The translations under genes were made by a program, and so were the position numbers. From the NCBI RefSeq assembly GCF_006345805.1, contig NC_043002.1, positions 16,864,001 through 16,928,000 of the forward strand: a stretch of 64,000 bases of DNA. The letters are read 5' to 3'. Positions within the stretch are counted from its first letter, which is position 1, and each line of letters opens with the position of its first letter. The notes below the pieces were generated by a model. It searched no databases. It worked only from the letters and a program-made list of their open reading frames with translations, and was not told the DNA's origin. The stretch is from Octopus sinensis (taxonomy: Eukaryota). This document shows, one piece after another, positions 50,440-64,000 of the stretch.

Positions 50440-52850
50440 GAAATCCAGATACAGACTGTTGTCCTTAAATGCCCGTAGTTTATGCAGCAAGGTACATCTT
50501 TTTGACTCTAGCGTCAAAAGTATCGACCCAGATTTCATTACAGTCACGGAAACATGGGCACATTCTGCACTCTGTGATGGGGTTTTCAGCATAGCCGGCC
50601 ACAACCTGTTCCGCAAAGACCGCATTAATCGCCGTGATAGGGGCGTGATGGTCTACGTTCGTTAAAATCTATCGGTAATTCCATGTGATGATTTGAACAG
50701 GAAGTATTTTTCTGCAATATACACATGAGAATGTCAATACTTGTACTTGAAGTTATTCACCGCCCCAAAAATTATCATCAAGGCGCTCAACATTTTGATA
50801 TCCTCAGAGTTGCTACCATGAAAACAGCCACTTATGTGTATATTGCGGGGGACTTCAATTTCCCTGAGATTTACTGGGATTACTTCCGTTGACCGCAAAG
50901 TGCAGACTATTTCCTTGAACTGGTACTGAATTCAAATTGGTCCCAAGTAGTTACCTCACCTACAAGGGGTAACAACACTTTGGATCTGCTATTTACCTCT
51001 TCTCTTGAAACAATTATTAGTGTCACTACTGAAGAACCATTAGGTGACTCTGATCATTCCATGGTCATGGCCGACTTGTCTATGATTGGTTGTAACAAAA
51101 ATCGCAACCATCTTCAAACTGCCCGCTTTGACTAGAATAAAGCAGACTGGAGCTCTTATTGTACCGAGCTGCGACGCCCAAACTGGTTTGAATTTTATGC
51201 CTCTGGAGATGTGAACACTATACTTCAGAACGTTCTGAATTCAATATAGACGGTATGTGCAGCATCGGTACCATGCAAGCACAAAACAACACCCAATAGT
51301 GCAATTTGGGAGACTGCAGCAGTTCGACTTGCCAGGAAAGAACGCCGTAATGCTGAACAGGTATGCAAAATGCACAAATTAGAGAGCAACAGGAAAAAGC
51401 GCAATAGATCAACCAACCATTTCAAGCAGGTGACAAAAAAGGCAGTGCTTGAATTCGAACAGCGCATAGCAACCATCCCTGACAGCAAAGTTTTCTGGAA
51501 GTTTGTACATTCAAAGCAGAGACCTCACTCTCCAGTTGGCTCCCTTCGCAATCCCCACTCAGGGTAGATTATTGACAATCCCAAAGAATGTGCAGAAATC
51601 ATTGATGGATGCTATGCAGGCATATTTACTGTCGAAGATCAAAATGTTCCATCACCTCTAACACAAAAGACTTATGGTGAAACTCTTTGTAATAAGTGTA
51701 AGAGATGATCTCTATAACTGGTTGAAGTCCTTCATTATCGGCCGAAAAGAGGTTGTCACAGTTCTAGGACAGTATTCTTCACCCTATGAGATGACATCTG
51801 GTGTACCATAGGGATCCGTTCTTGGCCCCCTTTTATTTGTTGCATATGTTAATGACATAGATGCCAACTTAAAGAATGCCACAGTGCTGAAATATGCAGA
51901 TGACATCAAGCTGTATCGCGAAATAAAGAGGGCAGATCTTGTACACTATAGATCTCTATTGCAATCAGACCTAGACACAATGCAGCAGTGAATCATGGAC
52001 TGGCAACTCAAGCTGGCTGTGGACAAATGTACCACCATGCAATTTGGGAGGAAGAGCCCAGCGTTTACCTACTCCCTCCACAACACTAATCTCAAAAATT
52101 CTTCTTGTGAACATAACGTGGGCATTATTGCTGACAGCGATTTGCGTTGGACAAAACACATTTCTAAAATTGCCAAGAAGGCTGAGGATGTCTTGGCATC
52201 ACTTACCAAGGTCTTTGTGAGTCGCTCTCCGGTTATCTATCTGCGGCTTTATATAGCTATGGTGCGGCCTCACCTCGAATTTGCATCACCAGTCTGGAAC
52301 CCCTATCTTGCCCAGGATATTAATCGTCTGGAAAACGTTCAGCGACGTGCAATCAAGAGAATCCCCTCCATCAGACATTTGCTATATTCTGAACGCCTTA
52401 CTTCCCTGGACATGGATACATTGAAACTGCGACGTCTGGGAGCTGACTTGGTAGACACCCATAAAATTATTAACCATCTTATTAACAATAACTCTGAGCA
52501 CCTTTTCAAACTCCACCTGTCTAACACCCGTGGAAATGTTTACAAAGTCAGAAAACAGCACAGCTTTCATGACGTCCGGAAACATATTTTCACGCCAAGA
52601 GTTGCGGAATCATGGAACAGACAGCCGGCATCAGTTGTTAGTTGTCGGATCACTTCATCCTTCAAAACTTCCATGCTTGCTGAAATTCGCCAACACTACA
52701 CCTGATTTTCACCCTCCATACGCACGCAAGCATGTATCTGACTCATACACTGTTCACTTCCCAGACATTTGTACATTACTGCATATGCTTTCTAGGCGCT
52801 TTTGACATGTTGTGGTGCACCTGAGCATTGTATTCAATAATTTCATTATT
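50440..52850 (+). mobile_element. CR1/L2-like LINE ORF2 (APE plus RT) with stops and an internal deletion
   Basis: APE motifs LNARSL, VTETW, GDFNFP, PTRGNNTLDL and SDH. RT motifs SGVP*GSVLGPLLF, YADDIKL, RPHLEFASPVWNP and LENVQRRA. Much of the RT N-terminus is missing near 51660-51720. Confidence 0.95.
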
Positions 52851-55451
52851 ATGTTTTTAAATGACATTTGTACTTAACACGATGCCTCTCATGGGAATAT
52901 AATTAACCAGTGTATCTAAACTCAAGAATCTGCGATGTGGTTCTAAACTCGCCTGAAGCCTCTCTAGCAACCCATTTCTAAAAATATGTGAAATTATTTC
53001 ATTAATTGTTATAATTTTCTCTTCGTCATATTTCATGTGGATGTAACACTTTACACAAAGTTGTAAAAATGTACAAACCTCAGAAGAGATGGATTAAAAA
53101 GTATATTTATTTTATTCCCATTACGTTCTGCAGTCAGATAAAAAAAGAGATATGATCTTTATCATCCTCCCTTGCTGAAATCCAGTTGAAATAAAATCCT
53201 TCACCTGCAGAATGAAATCTATAATATTACAGAAAAAGAATATTATCATCGATTAAAACCAGTTTCACAGGCCACTTCCTATATTTTGTTACCAATGAAG
53301 TAAATTTACACTACTAACATGACATTTTCACTAAAGCAATACGGAATTATTAGTTACTTGTTGCGTTTGCGTCAAGAAAACAATATGCTTTTCTCTGATT
53401 GATTAAATATGAACAGAAAAGAAAAACAAATCATGGTTATTTGAAACTACGTAAAGTGATTAATGATATAATGGTAGACGACTTTAAAGACACACCAAAC
53501 AAACGTGCTACTGCGTATAAACATATGACGGAAGTATTTCACTGTGGGAGTCGGACATGTTATACTGCAAGAAACTGTTCATTTGGTGCTTGAAATGTTG
53601 CTAATTAAAAACTAATGCTAATGAATGCATAAATTTCTTTGAGTTGTTCAGACTGTGTGAGTATAAAACTTGTTAATTAAAATTTCACTTAATTGCGCAC
53701 TATCTCATTCGATGGAATCTGTACGTGTATCAGAGAAAGCGTCTGAGAAAATATTAGGAGAGGAAATGGTGATGTTTGCATATTATTACATTATTTTCAG
53801 TTAGAATTTCAGGCTATTAAACTTGAAATAATAAAGAACAAATAATTCTAGAAGAAAAGCGAAAAATATGCCTAAAAATTATCGTTTTATCTTAGGCATT
53901 GCCCAAGGATATCATCCTAACAAACACCAATACGAATAAATGCAATCAACGTTGAGCCAATAGAGAATGAGTTTTATTAATTTTGGTTATTCGCACGTTC
54001 TCGTAAAATAGTTTTACAGTTACAAATCGAATATAATTTTGTACTTGATACTTCCACTAATTCGTATAAAATTGGTTTCATATAATAAGTATATATAAAG
54101 CATAAAATATTGATATACTTCTCTTTGCCGTTTTCCAGTTTAATTGTAATGACAAGTTCGTCCCTTCACATAAAATTTGATATATTCATCATAAATATGG
54201 CGAATGTATTTCTATAATTATATCCAAGTTTATTACCTTAAATGAGTTTTGAATTAATTCTGAAAGCAATGATAACGTCCATGTCTTCAGCATTCTTGCA
54301 CTGGATGCATTATGATCTTGATCTTGCGCATATATATCCGTATATCAATTGTTCCCACACTACGATGTATATAAACTTCGAAATTCTCATGTAATCCTGT
54401 TTGTAATTCTGCTGTTGAAGATAGTACACGTTTATATACCTATTTGAATAGGAATGCATTTGTTGTTGCTGGTTCAAATTTATACTAGAGAACACGTAGC
54501 AAGATTACAATAATCGAACAGGCAGGCTAAATGCTGTCAGTTGATATCATTTCCAAGTCTCAAGTGCTTGAACATCCTACGAGTATAGTGCACAGCTCTC
54601 TGGTAACAACATATATTCCATAAGGATATGTATAGCAGTTTTGAATTGAAATGGAAACTTAGTGACAAATATACATTATGGATAGGCAACAGCCATTAAA
54701 CGCCTCGCCCAAACTGAATAGTTAAGATTTAGACATAAATATTGAAGGCTCACAGGCCTTAACATACCAGGTATTATCCTTGGGGTACTCAAGAAAATCT
54801 TCCCACTACTGAGTAATAACGAACTATTTTTAATAACTATGCAGTAAAACTTACACACACAACTGCATTTTAACTTACTGGAGATTATCGAATAATTCAA
54901 AATCTCCAAATTAAATACATACTGTGAATTGAACTGTACTGGGAAAGAAATTTAAATGCTTTCATTCAGCTGTTGAATATGAAAATAGTAATTACTTAGA
55001 AATCCCACTATTCGTTTGTATCGCTAAAAGTTCTTGGAATAAAGATGTGTTTGTGTTCGTGTGTGCATGCATGCGTTCGTGCGCGTGTTCGTGTGTTTTG
55101 TCCTCCTGATTTAAGGCTCAATTTTTCTTGGTACTGCAACATTGTCTTTTATGGTACCAGTAGATGCAAAATGATGTATACAAAGAGTCAGGGCTCTAAA
55201 TCCATTTTTGTGAGAACAAAAGCCTTTAAATTTGAAAGAAATGGTCAAAATTGGACGTCCAGGGGAATCTATGTAATATTTGTTTCATAAGTCTCATGTG
55301 TATCTATGTTATACTTGAAAGTTATGGTGCAAGTGCATAATATATTTTTAAGTATTTTATAAAAGAGCACTGTAACATGGTTGCCAAAAATATGTTTATC
55401 AAAAATCAAAAACAATCTTCCAAGATACATATTTAAATATACATTTAATGT

Positions 55452-56100
55452 TTTGGGTTTGCAACAAAGTTCCTGCGGGTTTTTTAAATTTTAATTTTTT
55501 AAAAGGTTTAATAAAAAATAACAACTAATTAATCAATAATGTATTCACCCTTGGTGTTTACAACTTCTCAACGTTGAACAATATTTTTAATAGCTTTACT
55601 TCATTTTCGACATTGAACTGCCATCTATCTGGTACAGATGCAGAACCCCTCTTCCAAATTTCTCTGATGAAAAGTACCTCTCTAGTATAGTTCTGATCTT
55701 GTCAACAGAATTCATCTTTTTCCGTCCAAAATATTTGGAAGACTGGAATAAATTATAATGAGATGGGCAATGTCCGGCAACTATGCTGGGTGGGGCATCA
55801 TTTATCATTCAAACAGCTCCGGCCTTATAATATCATCCGTGTTGCATGCGGCTAAGCAATATCCTGATAGAACACCTTTCGTCTCGAAACCAAAGATGGT
55901 AGTTTTTCTCCGCCAGCGCTGTCTTGAATGACTGGTTGAATGACCAAATCTAAGCTTTTCTGCTACTTCATCAACAGTTACTATGAGATTTTGTCCCACC
56001 AGGATTTGTATCGAGCTCTACAGATCTTCTAGGACGAGGCTCGTCTTTTAGTCTGTATCTTCCGGCTCGGAAACTTTGTTGACACTAGCGTACGCTTATT
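55452..56100 (-). mobile_element. Decayed, internally deleted mariner
   Basis: TIR-like TTGGGTTTGCAACAAAGTTCCTGCG at the left end. Sequence aligns to 58660-59020 in the opposite orientation. Confidence 0.8.
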
Positions 56101-57718
56101 GATCGATCCCCATATATTGCATTGATATTCCTTAAACTTTTATTTGCCTTGTTGCCTTTATTGAATTCATAAAGCAAAATATATCGATTATGCCCTTTGC
56201 AACTTCCATTATAGCTTTGAAAAAATAACTTTTAAAATGAACTGCAATCTTCAGAACTTGCACTAAGTATAAGGACAAGGTAGAATTTGTACCTGCTTTT
56301 ATAGCAAGTTCATGCAGGTATTTTAACCCGTCCCCCCCTCCGACTTTTATTTAATGAAAAAAAACTCATTATTTATGGGATGATCCAATATGTGTGTGTA
56401 GGTGTATGTGTGTTTAGGTCTGTGAGTACGTGTATATAGATAGATAAATTTCAAATATATATTCATAACATAAGCATACCAATAGAAAGTTTATATTAAC
56501 ACAACAATTAATTGATTTTCCTTCGTTTTGACGCAAAAATAAATTTAATGTTGAAGTAGCTTAACAGGAGTCCTTCAGAATTGTGAGTGTTATTCTAGAA
56601 TAGATAACGATGTTTAGCTGAATCCTTCGTAGGCCATTTATCTACGAAATACATTCCATTAAGTGCTTTGCAGATAAATATATAATCGCTATTTTACCGA
56701 TCATATTGATTTAACAGGACATGATGCAGAAAATGATGCAGTTAACGACAGAACTACAAGAAAATATGAAATGGAAATAAATGCTAAATTTTCAGCTAAA
56801 CATTAAAAATAAAGAAAGAAGATAATAAAAGCAATAGAAACGAAACATTTTGACGAATTTAAATATTTGTATAGAAATAAAACAGGATGTGTTGGATCAA
56901 AGAATGTGCCGGATCAGATCAAGTAAGCCCTTGTTAAAAAAATCGATGTTTTCCGAAGTATAGAAAAATAAAACTTAATGGAAACCGAAGTTTACTTTTA
57001 TCTGCTCTGAGAGAAATGTTTAGAATGCTGCGTTTTGGTCAACACTACATTATAATACATTATCATATATATTTCTACCTTCCTGGAGAAAGAGGAGTGG
57101 AAGATGATATAGGAAATTGATGTTAAAACGCTCAGAGAAAAAGATGTATGACCAGCGGTCACTTGTTGAGAGGAAATAATAGAGGTGTGATATTTTGTCG
57201 ATTTATGCGCATCAAATGCCAGGGATGGAGCGAACATGTATGTGTGTGCATGTATATATAATGAGAGAAGGACAATATATGTGAACATATTCATATACAT
57301 TTCTTTAATATCGACAAAAGCTTTTGCATACAGTTCTTTATAATGTTAGAGAAAATGTAAATATATCTTTATACACATGAAAAGATGAATATATGTTTAT
57401 ACACATGAATCAAATAAAGGATTTCGTAACTAAAATACAATACTAATATAACAATATGCTTGTGAGTATCTAAAACTTGGAAGGTATTCTGGGTTAACTC
57501 AGTTCTTCTGATAAACAACCGATATGGTGTATATATATATATATATATATGCCAAGTATGTAACACATACACACATACACCCACTCACACAAATACATAG
57601 AAAGTGTGAGACAGATAATGAAAGGGAGAGAGTGGTGGTACAATAGATATGGTCATGGGATAAGACGAGATAAACTACCTGCATCAACTTCCAATAAAAG
57701 CAGGTACTAATTGTACCT

Positions 57719-57950
57719 ATTTCTTTATTACCCACAAGGGGCCAAACATAGATGGGACAAACAAGGACAGACATAGGTATTAAGTTGATTCCATCGACCC
57801 CAGTGCGTAACTGGTACTTAATTTATCGACCCCGAAAGGATGAAAGGCAAAGTCGACCTGGGCGGAATTTGAACTCACAGCGTAACGACAGACGAAATAC
57901 GGCTACGCATTTCGCCCGGCGTGCTAACGGTTCTGCCAGCTCGTCGCCTT
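57719..57950 (-). mobile_element. SINE family B, full length, 12-bp TSD
   Basis: TSD CTAATTGTACCT at 57707-18 and 57951-62. Confidence 0.93.
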
Positions 57951-58129
57951 CTAATTGTACCTTTTAGTTATTCTTAGTACAAGTTTTGAAGAGCGCAGGG
58001 CAATTTTAAGTTATGTTTTCAAAATTATAACGTGACAGCGAAGCATATTCGTCATATTTTGCTTTATGAGTTCAATAAAGGCAACAACGCGATGGGATGT
58101 GAGAGGAATATTAGTGGAGTATATGGGGA

Positions 58130-59030
58130 TCGAACAATAACAGTAATCCAGTGACAACGATGGTTCCAGAATACGAGCCTCATTCTGGAAGATATGTAGA
58201 GCTCCACAAAGACGTCCTGCAAAACCTGGTGGGATAAAATCCTCTCGCATTGTTGTGGAACTAGCAGAGAAGCTTGGATTTGTTCATTCAACCAGTAATC
58301 GATATCAGCGTGTCATCGAAAATGTCAGCAAATTGGGTCAGTGTGTTCCTCATGAACTTCCCGGGTCTAATCTCGCACAGAGAATGAATGTCTGCACTTC
58401 TTCTTTGATGCCTCCTCACGAATGAACCATTTTTCTACCGAACATTGACTGCTGACGGGAAATGAGATCTGTATATAATTATCAAGTGCAGAAGACACTT
58501 GAAGGGAAAGGTGAAACGCCGGTACCCCAGGCTAAAGAATGTCTTCGCTCACGCAAGGTGTATTATCTATTTGATGTGGTATGAATGGTTTGGTCGTCTT
58601 TGAACTTTTAAATTCAAACTCAACGATAACAAAGGAGATATACTGCGAGCATCTTGAGAGGCTTAGGTCAGCGCTAGAAGAAAAACGACCATCTTTGGTT
58701 TCAAGACGAAAAGTGTTCTTCCATCCGGATAATGCTCAACAACATAAAACGCGGATGACATTACATAGGCTGGTGTAGTATGAATGGGAAACGATGCTCC
58801 ACACACCATATTCGCCGGGCATTGCCTCATCTTATTACCATTTATTCCGCAGTCTTCAATATCAATTAGACGGAAAAAAATGAATTCTGTAGAGAAAGTC
58901 AGAACGGTACTGGAGGAGTATTTATCGTCACGAGCAAGTGATTTTGGAAGCATGGCCTTGCAAGTCTCACAGATAGATGGGAAAGCATTGTATAAAATGA
59001 AGGGGGATTACATTTTAGATTAAAAATTAA
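58130..59030 (+). mobile_element. Decayed mariner transposase
   Basis: VSKLGQCVPHEL, FELLNSNSTITKEIYCEHLERLRSALEEKRPSLVSRRKVFFHPDNA and HTPYSP. Confidence 0.9.
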
Positions 59031-60290
59031 CTTTATCTTAATTTTGAAAGTATTATACTATCATTGGGTTTTTCAAGAAGAAAGCTATCCAAAATCAACA
59101 TGTAGGTTACAGAGATGAGACCAATGGCTAGAGCCATGTACACAGATTAATGGAAAGGTTTTGATGTAACAGGTTATTGGTTCGAAGTCACAATTCCTCA
59201 GTCGAAATGTCTTACAGAATATAGCGGACGACAAAGCACCGAGGTAAAGAGGATAAACTTGTCTGATGATACACAATTTAAAGAAAAAAGGTGTTGAAAT
59301 CTCTTTTGATGAAGAAGGTGCGTTTGAATTTTGATATGTCGCACGTTCGAATGCCTCTACTACTCAACTCGACTCTGCTACTCTCCGACTGCTACGCCGC
59401 TCTTGTTGTTTTACAACTGCTTTCAGTAACTCTTCCATTTTGGTACTATTCGAAACCTCATCCCCACTATTATGTCACACGTTCGGATGCCTCTACTATT
59501 CAACTCTACTCCACTCTCTCACCGCTACTCAACGCTCGACTCTGACGACGTCTAGACTTTCTCCCTCTATATCTACGTATTGAGCTAGCCTACATCACCG
59601 TCTGGGGGCGGCCACACAAAATATTTAATGAAGACACGTTTAATCTTCTGATAAGTTGACTAAGCATGAAATGCAGTAGTATAATTACGACGTGAAAACC
59701 AAGATTCAACCCTTGGAAAGATTTTACAACTCCTCTCCAGAGGATAAGATGTTCAAGCGCCGAGAACGACATGGTGATTGTTTTGGATATGATAGTGACT
59801 TCATTCTTTTTTTTTTCTTGAACGTGACAGAAATTTGAATAGTAAGCAGTCCGCAGAAAGACAAAGAAATTAAGAGAAATCAATCTGAAAATTACCTACA
59901 CAAGGCAATAGAATGCATACAGATTTTTGCAAAAAAAAATAAAATTGAACAATCATTAAATTGGGCTCTTCAGTGTTCCTTTATTCTTCTATTTACCATC
60001 TAATAAATAGGAGTCTTCGGATTGGGGAGAAAAATATGATGAAAGAAATTGCGACGCATAGGGTACAAAAACACACTCTTGAATTTTTCAAACAGAGACC
60101 TGGGAATTTAGATTGATATTGGTGCAAATGGAACGGTTACAATGTGCAGCAGTACAGCAAACTACAGCGAATAAGTAAAGCTAAGAACAAATGCAAATGT
60201 CTAATGCCATTTCAACGATGATTATCAGTTAAAGCATAAACAAAATACCCTATGCACATACTTATATCACTTTCGGTAAAGCTTATATAT

Positions 60291-60448
60291 AGGCGCAGGA
60301 GTTGCTGTGTGGTAAGTAGCTTGCTTCTCAACCACATGGTTCCGGTTTCAGCCCCAGTGCATAGCAACTTGAGAAGTGTCTTCTACTATAGCTCAGGCTG
60401 ACCAAAGAAATGTGAGTCTAATTGTGAGTCGGAAACTGAAATAAGCTC

Positions 60449-60450
<2 letters not shown>
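60291..60450 (+). mobile_element. SINE family A, 5' half
   Basis: AGGCGCAGGAGTTGCTGTGTGGTAAG...GAAACTGAAATAAGCTCG, then (TA)n(TG)n. Confidence 0.85.
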
Positions 60451-60515
<65 letters not shown>

Positions 60516-60986
60516 TGTGTGTGTGTGTGTGTGTGTGTGTGTATGCTTACGTAGTTTCTTGAAATTCAGCAGTGGCGGCAGCATTTCTAGTAGAAAGATA
60601 ATATAACATAAACTGGCAGTCACAATTGAGCAAGACATCATGCAATGCTTGACCCTGGGACTTAGTGTGGCGACCGAGACCAGCAAAATTGTTGTACAAA
60701 CATTTGCCACTTAAATCTTGGGGCACAAATATATGTATGTATGTATGTTATTTTATTTTATTTTAGGATTCACTATTCCTTTTATGAATTCATATGGCGT
60801 TGTGTGAGAAGAGATACTAGCGCATAATTATGAAATAAAGTAAATCAGAATGTTGTTGAATGTAAGACTGCTTTCATCTCACAACACGAAGCAAACGTCA
60901 TATGTATATATACATCTATGATGTAAATCCATACAAACACATCAATTCATACAGACATATTCATACAGACACGTCAACATAAACGC

Positions 60987-61058
<72 letters not shown>

Positions 61059-61615
61059 CTATACTGTGTGTGAATGTATGTACTAGGTGTATGTATTTCT
61101 ATATAAGTACGAGTGTTTTAGTGAGAGAATTTTCAGTGTGTGTGTGTAAGTATGTCTGTGTGATTATGTATGTATATATACGTATATGTGTGTGTATATG
61201 TGTGTGTGTGTGTGTGCATAACTTATAAACACATCATTATGTTAGTTTCCTACTTACTGCATATAGTATCCTGAAGGAAAGGTATTTAATGTGTCATCAA
61301 AGCAGTGTCATATAATGTCTCTGAAAGTAATGATTTAAACGATAATTATACATAACTCACAAATTATGTCTTAGGTATTTATAGGAGAGACAAATACAAG
61401 GTATCTTTACATACTTCCGAGACTGTAGATATGGTTGATAGTATATATATTGAAAAATATGTCGAGGGTAATGACAGACGTTTTGGGAAGATCAAAACAT
61501 ACGCAGGAATCCGGTGTATCTATAGTATAATTTTGTGTCATTAAAATTACATATACGAACATTATAAACATCATTAGATTTCCCCTCACTTCTGCTGCTT
61601 TTCTCTGTCTGCTTT

Positions 61616-61665
<50 letters not shown>

Positions 61666-62019
61666 TATATATATACATATATTCATATATATATATATAT
61701 ATATACGTATATATATACATATATGTATATATATATGTGTGTGTGTTCTTGTGTATGTATGTATACATGTGTATTATATTTATCAGTGTGTATCAAATTA
61801 TCTGCCTATACATCAGTTATTTCCCTCCACGCTCTCCCCACTCTTGATTTTTTACCATACATAGTTTAGCACTTCATAATTGAGTATTACCTCACGCCTC
61901 TGTTCTATTCGGCTTGCAAGTATGTTGATATGAATTCATTCATATAAAGATATTGAAATATTAACTACACCACGAGGCTCGTTTTGCATGACTCACATTT
62001 TAAGCATTATTCCTGGCCA

Positions 62020-62110
62020 GGCGGAGGCTTTCCTGTATGTTTAGAAGCTTGCTACACAATCACGTGGTTCACGGGTTCAGTCCCACTGGCTGGAAACTTC
62101 AGCAAGTGTC
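62020..62110 (+). mobile_element. SINE head fragment
   Basis: GTGGTTCACGGGTTCAGTCCCACTG...CAAGTGTC. Confidence 0.6.
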
Positions 62111-64000
62111 TATTTCCTATATATGATTAATTGCTCCATATCCATAATCATATATAGAAATTTATGACAATTTTAGAAAGAAAAAGCCCTTCCCTGCTTC
62201 CCATAGATATAACAGAATTTTTTCCCCCGAAAGACAGTTAGAATCTCATACTCTACTTTCCCCAATATGGGTACCACCACAGCAAGGTTAAACAGAAAGC
62301 ATATGAAATTAGTAAGTGGTAGTAATAATAATAATGTTAAAGCCAAGACTAAATTAAACCCCTTCAATATGAATAAAAATATTAATGGTGACATAGAAAA
62401 TAGAAACAGCGGTAATAGTGCATCTAATTTAAACAATATAGACTGTAGCTCTGAGGTCCATAGCCGCACAGGGACCACTGATATACCTGATGATGATGGG
62501 CTGGATGTGAAAAATACTACAGTAGTAGTAGAAGGATTAATATTAATAGTAATATTAATGGTAATAGTGGTATAATTATCAATAATATTAATAGTATTAA
62601 TTCCCCTAGTTGCAATTACATAAAGGCCGTTATTAGGCCGATGTTTAATCCAGAACGTAATCTATAAATGTACAAACACAACTGTAGCTGGTAACTTTGT
62701 ACTTTTATCTTTATATATATATGTATATAACATTATATATATAACTTTGTATATATAACCAAAAAGGAAAAGATTTGAATAATTTTGTGTATATACCAAA
62801 ATTTACAACAATAGAGGGAAAGAAAAACATTACATAGAATTAGTTTAATATTTATTCATATACTTAAATATTTACTTATGAGGTGGTATCTATGAAGATT
62901 GATCACTGATATTTACTGGTATTTAATGAAGGACTACTGGGACGATAGAACATGTTAACTCTATAATAAGTAAAATCTGAGACGTAGGTTATAATTTGCA
63001 AAGTTGCCGGTGCTGTTATATATAAGCTAATATAAATTTCTACGGGTACAAAAATTAGGTTTATTTACATAAAGGCTATTATAAAATAATGATATGATCA
63101 GTAGGATATAACCCCATAGAAAGGAATAAATCATTTACTCAATAAAAACCATGATGAAGTATATATATCTTATTATCATCAAAAGAGAAGAGAAGATTAT
63201 ATAGAATCTGTTTACTAATTCAATCATTTAAACTAAAATTATTTATTTATTAGTTGGTATCCATAAAGACTGATACCTGGTATATACTAGAGGAATATTG
63301 AGGCTATAGAACATGCTAACTATATATTAATTATAAACTGAGAGGTATACCATAAGTTTTAAAATTCTCCAGTGTTAATACATACATGATTATATAGTTT
63401 CCTAAGGGTACTTAATTAGGAAGGCTACTTACATAAACGCCTTTATAAAAATAATAATATGATCAGGAGTGTGGAAGCTATAGAAAGGGATAAATAGATT
63501 AATCATTGAAATCATGATGAAGTTAGACTAACTAGGCAGGAATATTCATAGGATCGTATATTAATTCCATGTAGCACACTAACTTACTATACTATATAGG
63601 TTACATTATATCATGTTTCAAGCACTAAGTTAAATAATCGTGTACAGTTTGTGAATTCACCTATGGCAATGCATCACGGACGAGCTTTAATAAGACAAGA
63701 ATATCATTAGTTGCCAAATATTAATAACCAGATTCACAAAAGCTTCCAGTGCACCTGAATTCAACTTTTGTGATTAATTTTAATTAAAACAAATTTTGTA
63801 TTTTTTGACCAGACTTCTTAGGTGGGATTAAGAATGTGTGTAAAAATAATTACATTATAGTTGTAATACTAAATAATTTAGGAAATGTTTCCTTCCTGCG
63901 TTGATTATCATAACAGCTCAGTAATACGTATTAATTGAAAACTAACTAAATATCTTTAAATAACAACGCATTAGTCGGGATTTTAAAATACCTTTGCTCC

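Noticed and set aside
54310-54909. Faint GPCR TM3/ICL2-like peptide (SVWARRLMAVAYP)
   Set aside because: Short motif followed by a stop; no other transmembrane segments in register.
62267-62575. 102-aa Asn-rich ORF, or a mitochondrial insertion
   Set aside because: Low-complexity AT-rich sequence; no mitochondrial gene motif recognised on either strand.

Overview
AT-rich, microsatellite-saturated animal genomic DNA with no host protein-coding gene that I can support. The tRNA-derived SINE families and repeat density resemble Octopus/coleoid cephalopod DNA; that attribution is recognition, not a database result. Almost all long ORFs in the track are translated microsatellites or dead transposons. 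The window holds: three tRNA-derived SINE families (about 20 copies or fragments); decayed LINEs (CR1/L2-like x3, RTE x1, L1/Tx1 x3); five decayed mariner copies; Penelope-like (PLE) GIY-YIG 3' ends; and two nested local duplications at 20-27 kb. The most interesting signal is a set of hammerhead-ribozyme (HHR) elements. The best is at 11931-13545: a non-coding 488-bp unit repeated in tandem, preceded by an inverted copy and inserted in (TA)n. Each unit carries a complete type I HHR with an unusually large (68-nt) branched stem II. Self-cleavage would release 488-nt retrozyme-like monomers. At least three other distinct sequence families (9.2 kb, 24/25.8 kb, 31.3-32.1 kb) share the HHR plus head-to-head inversion design. 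A second notable signal is a Tx1-clade LINE inserted twice into a (GATA)n array, suggesting target specificity. Coordinates were read by eye; decayed element boundaries are approximate (about +/-10-30 bp).
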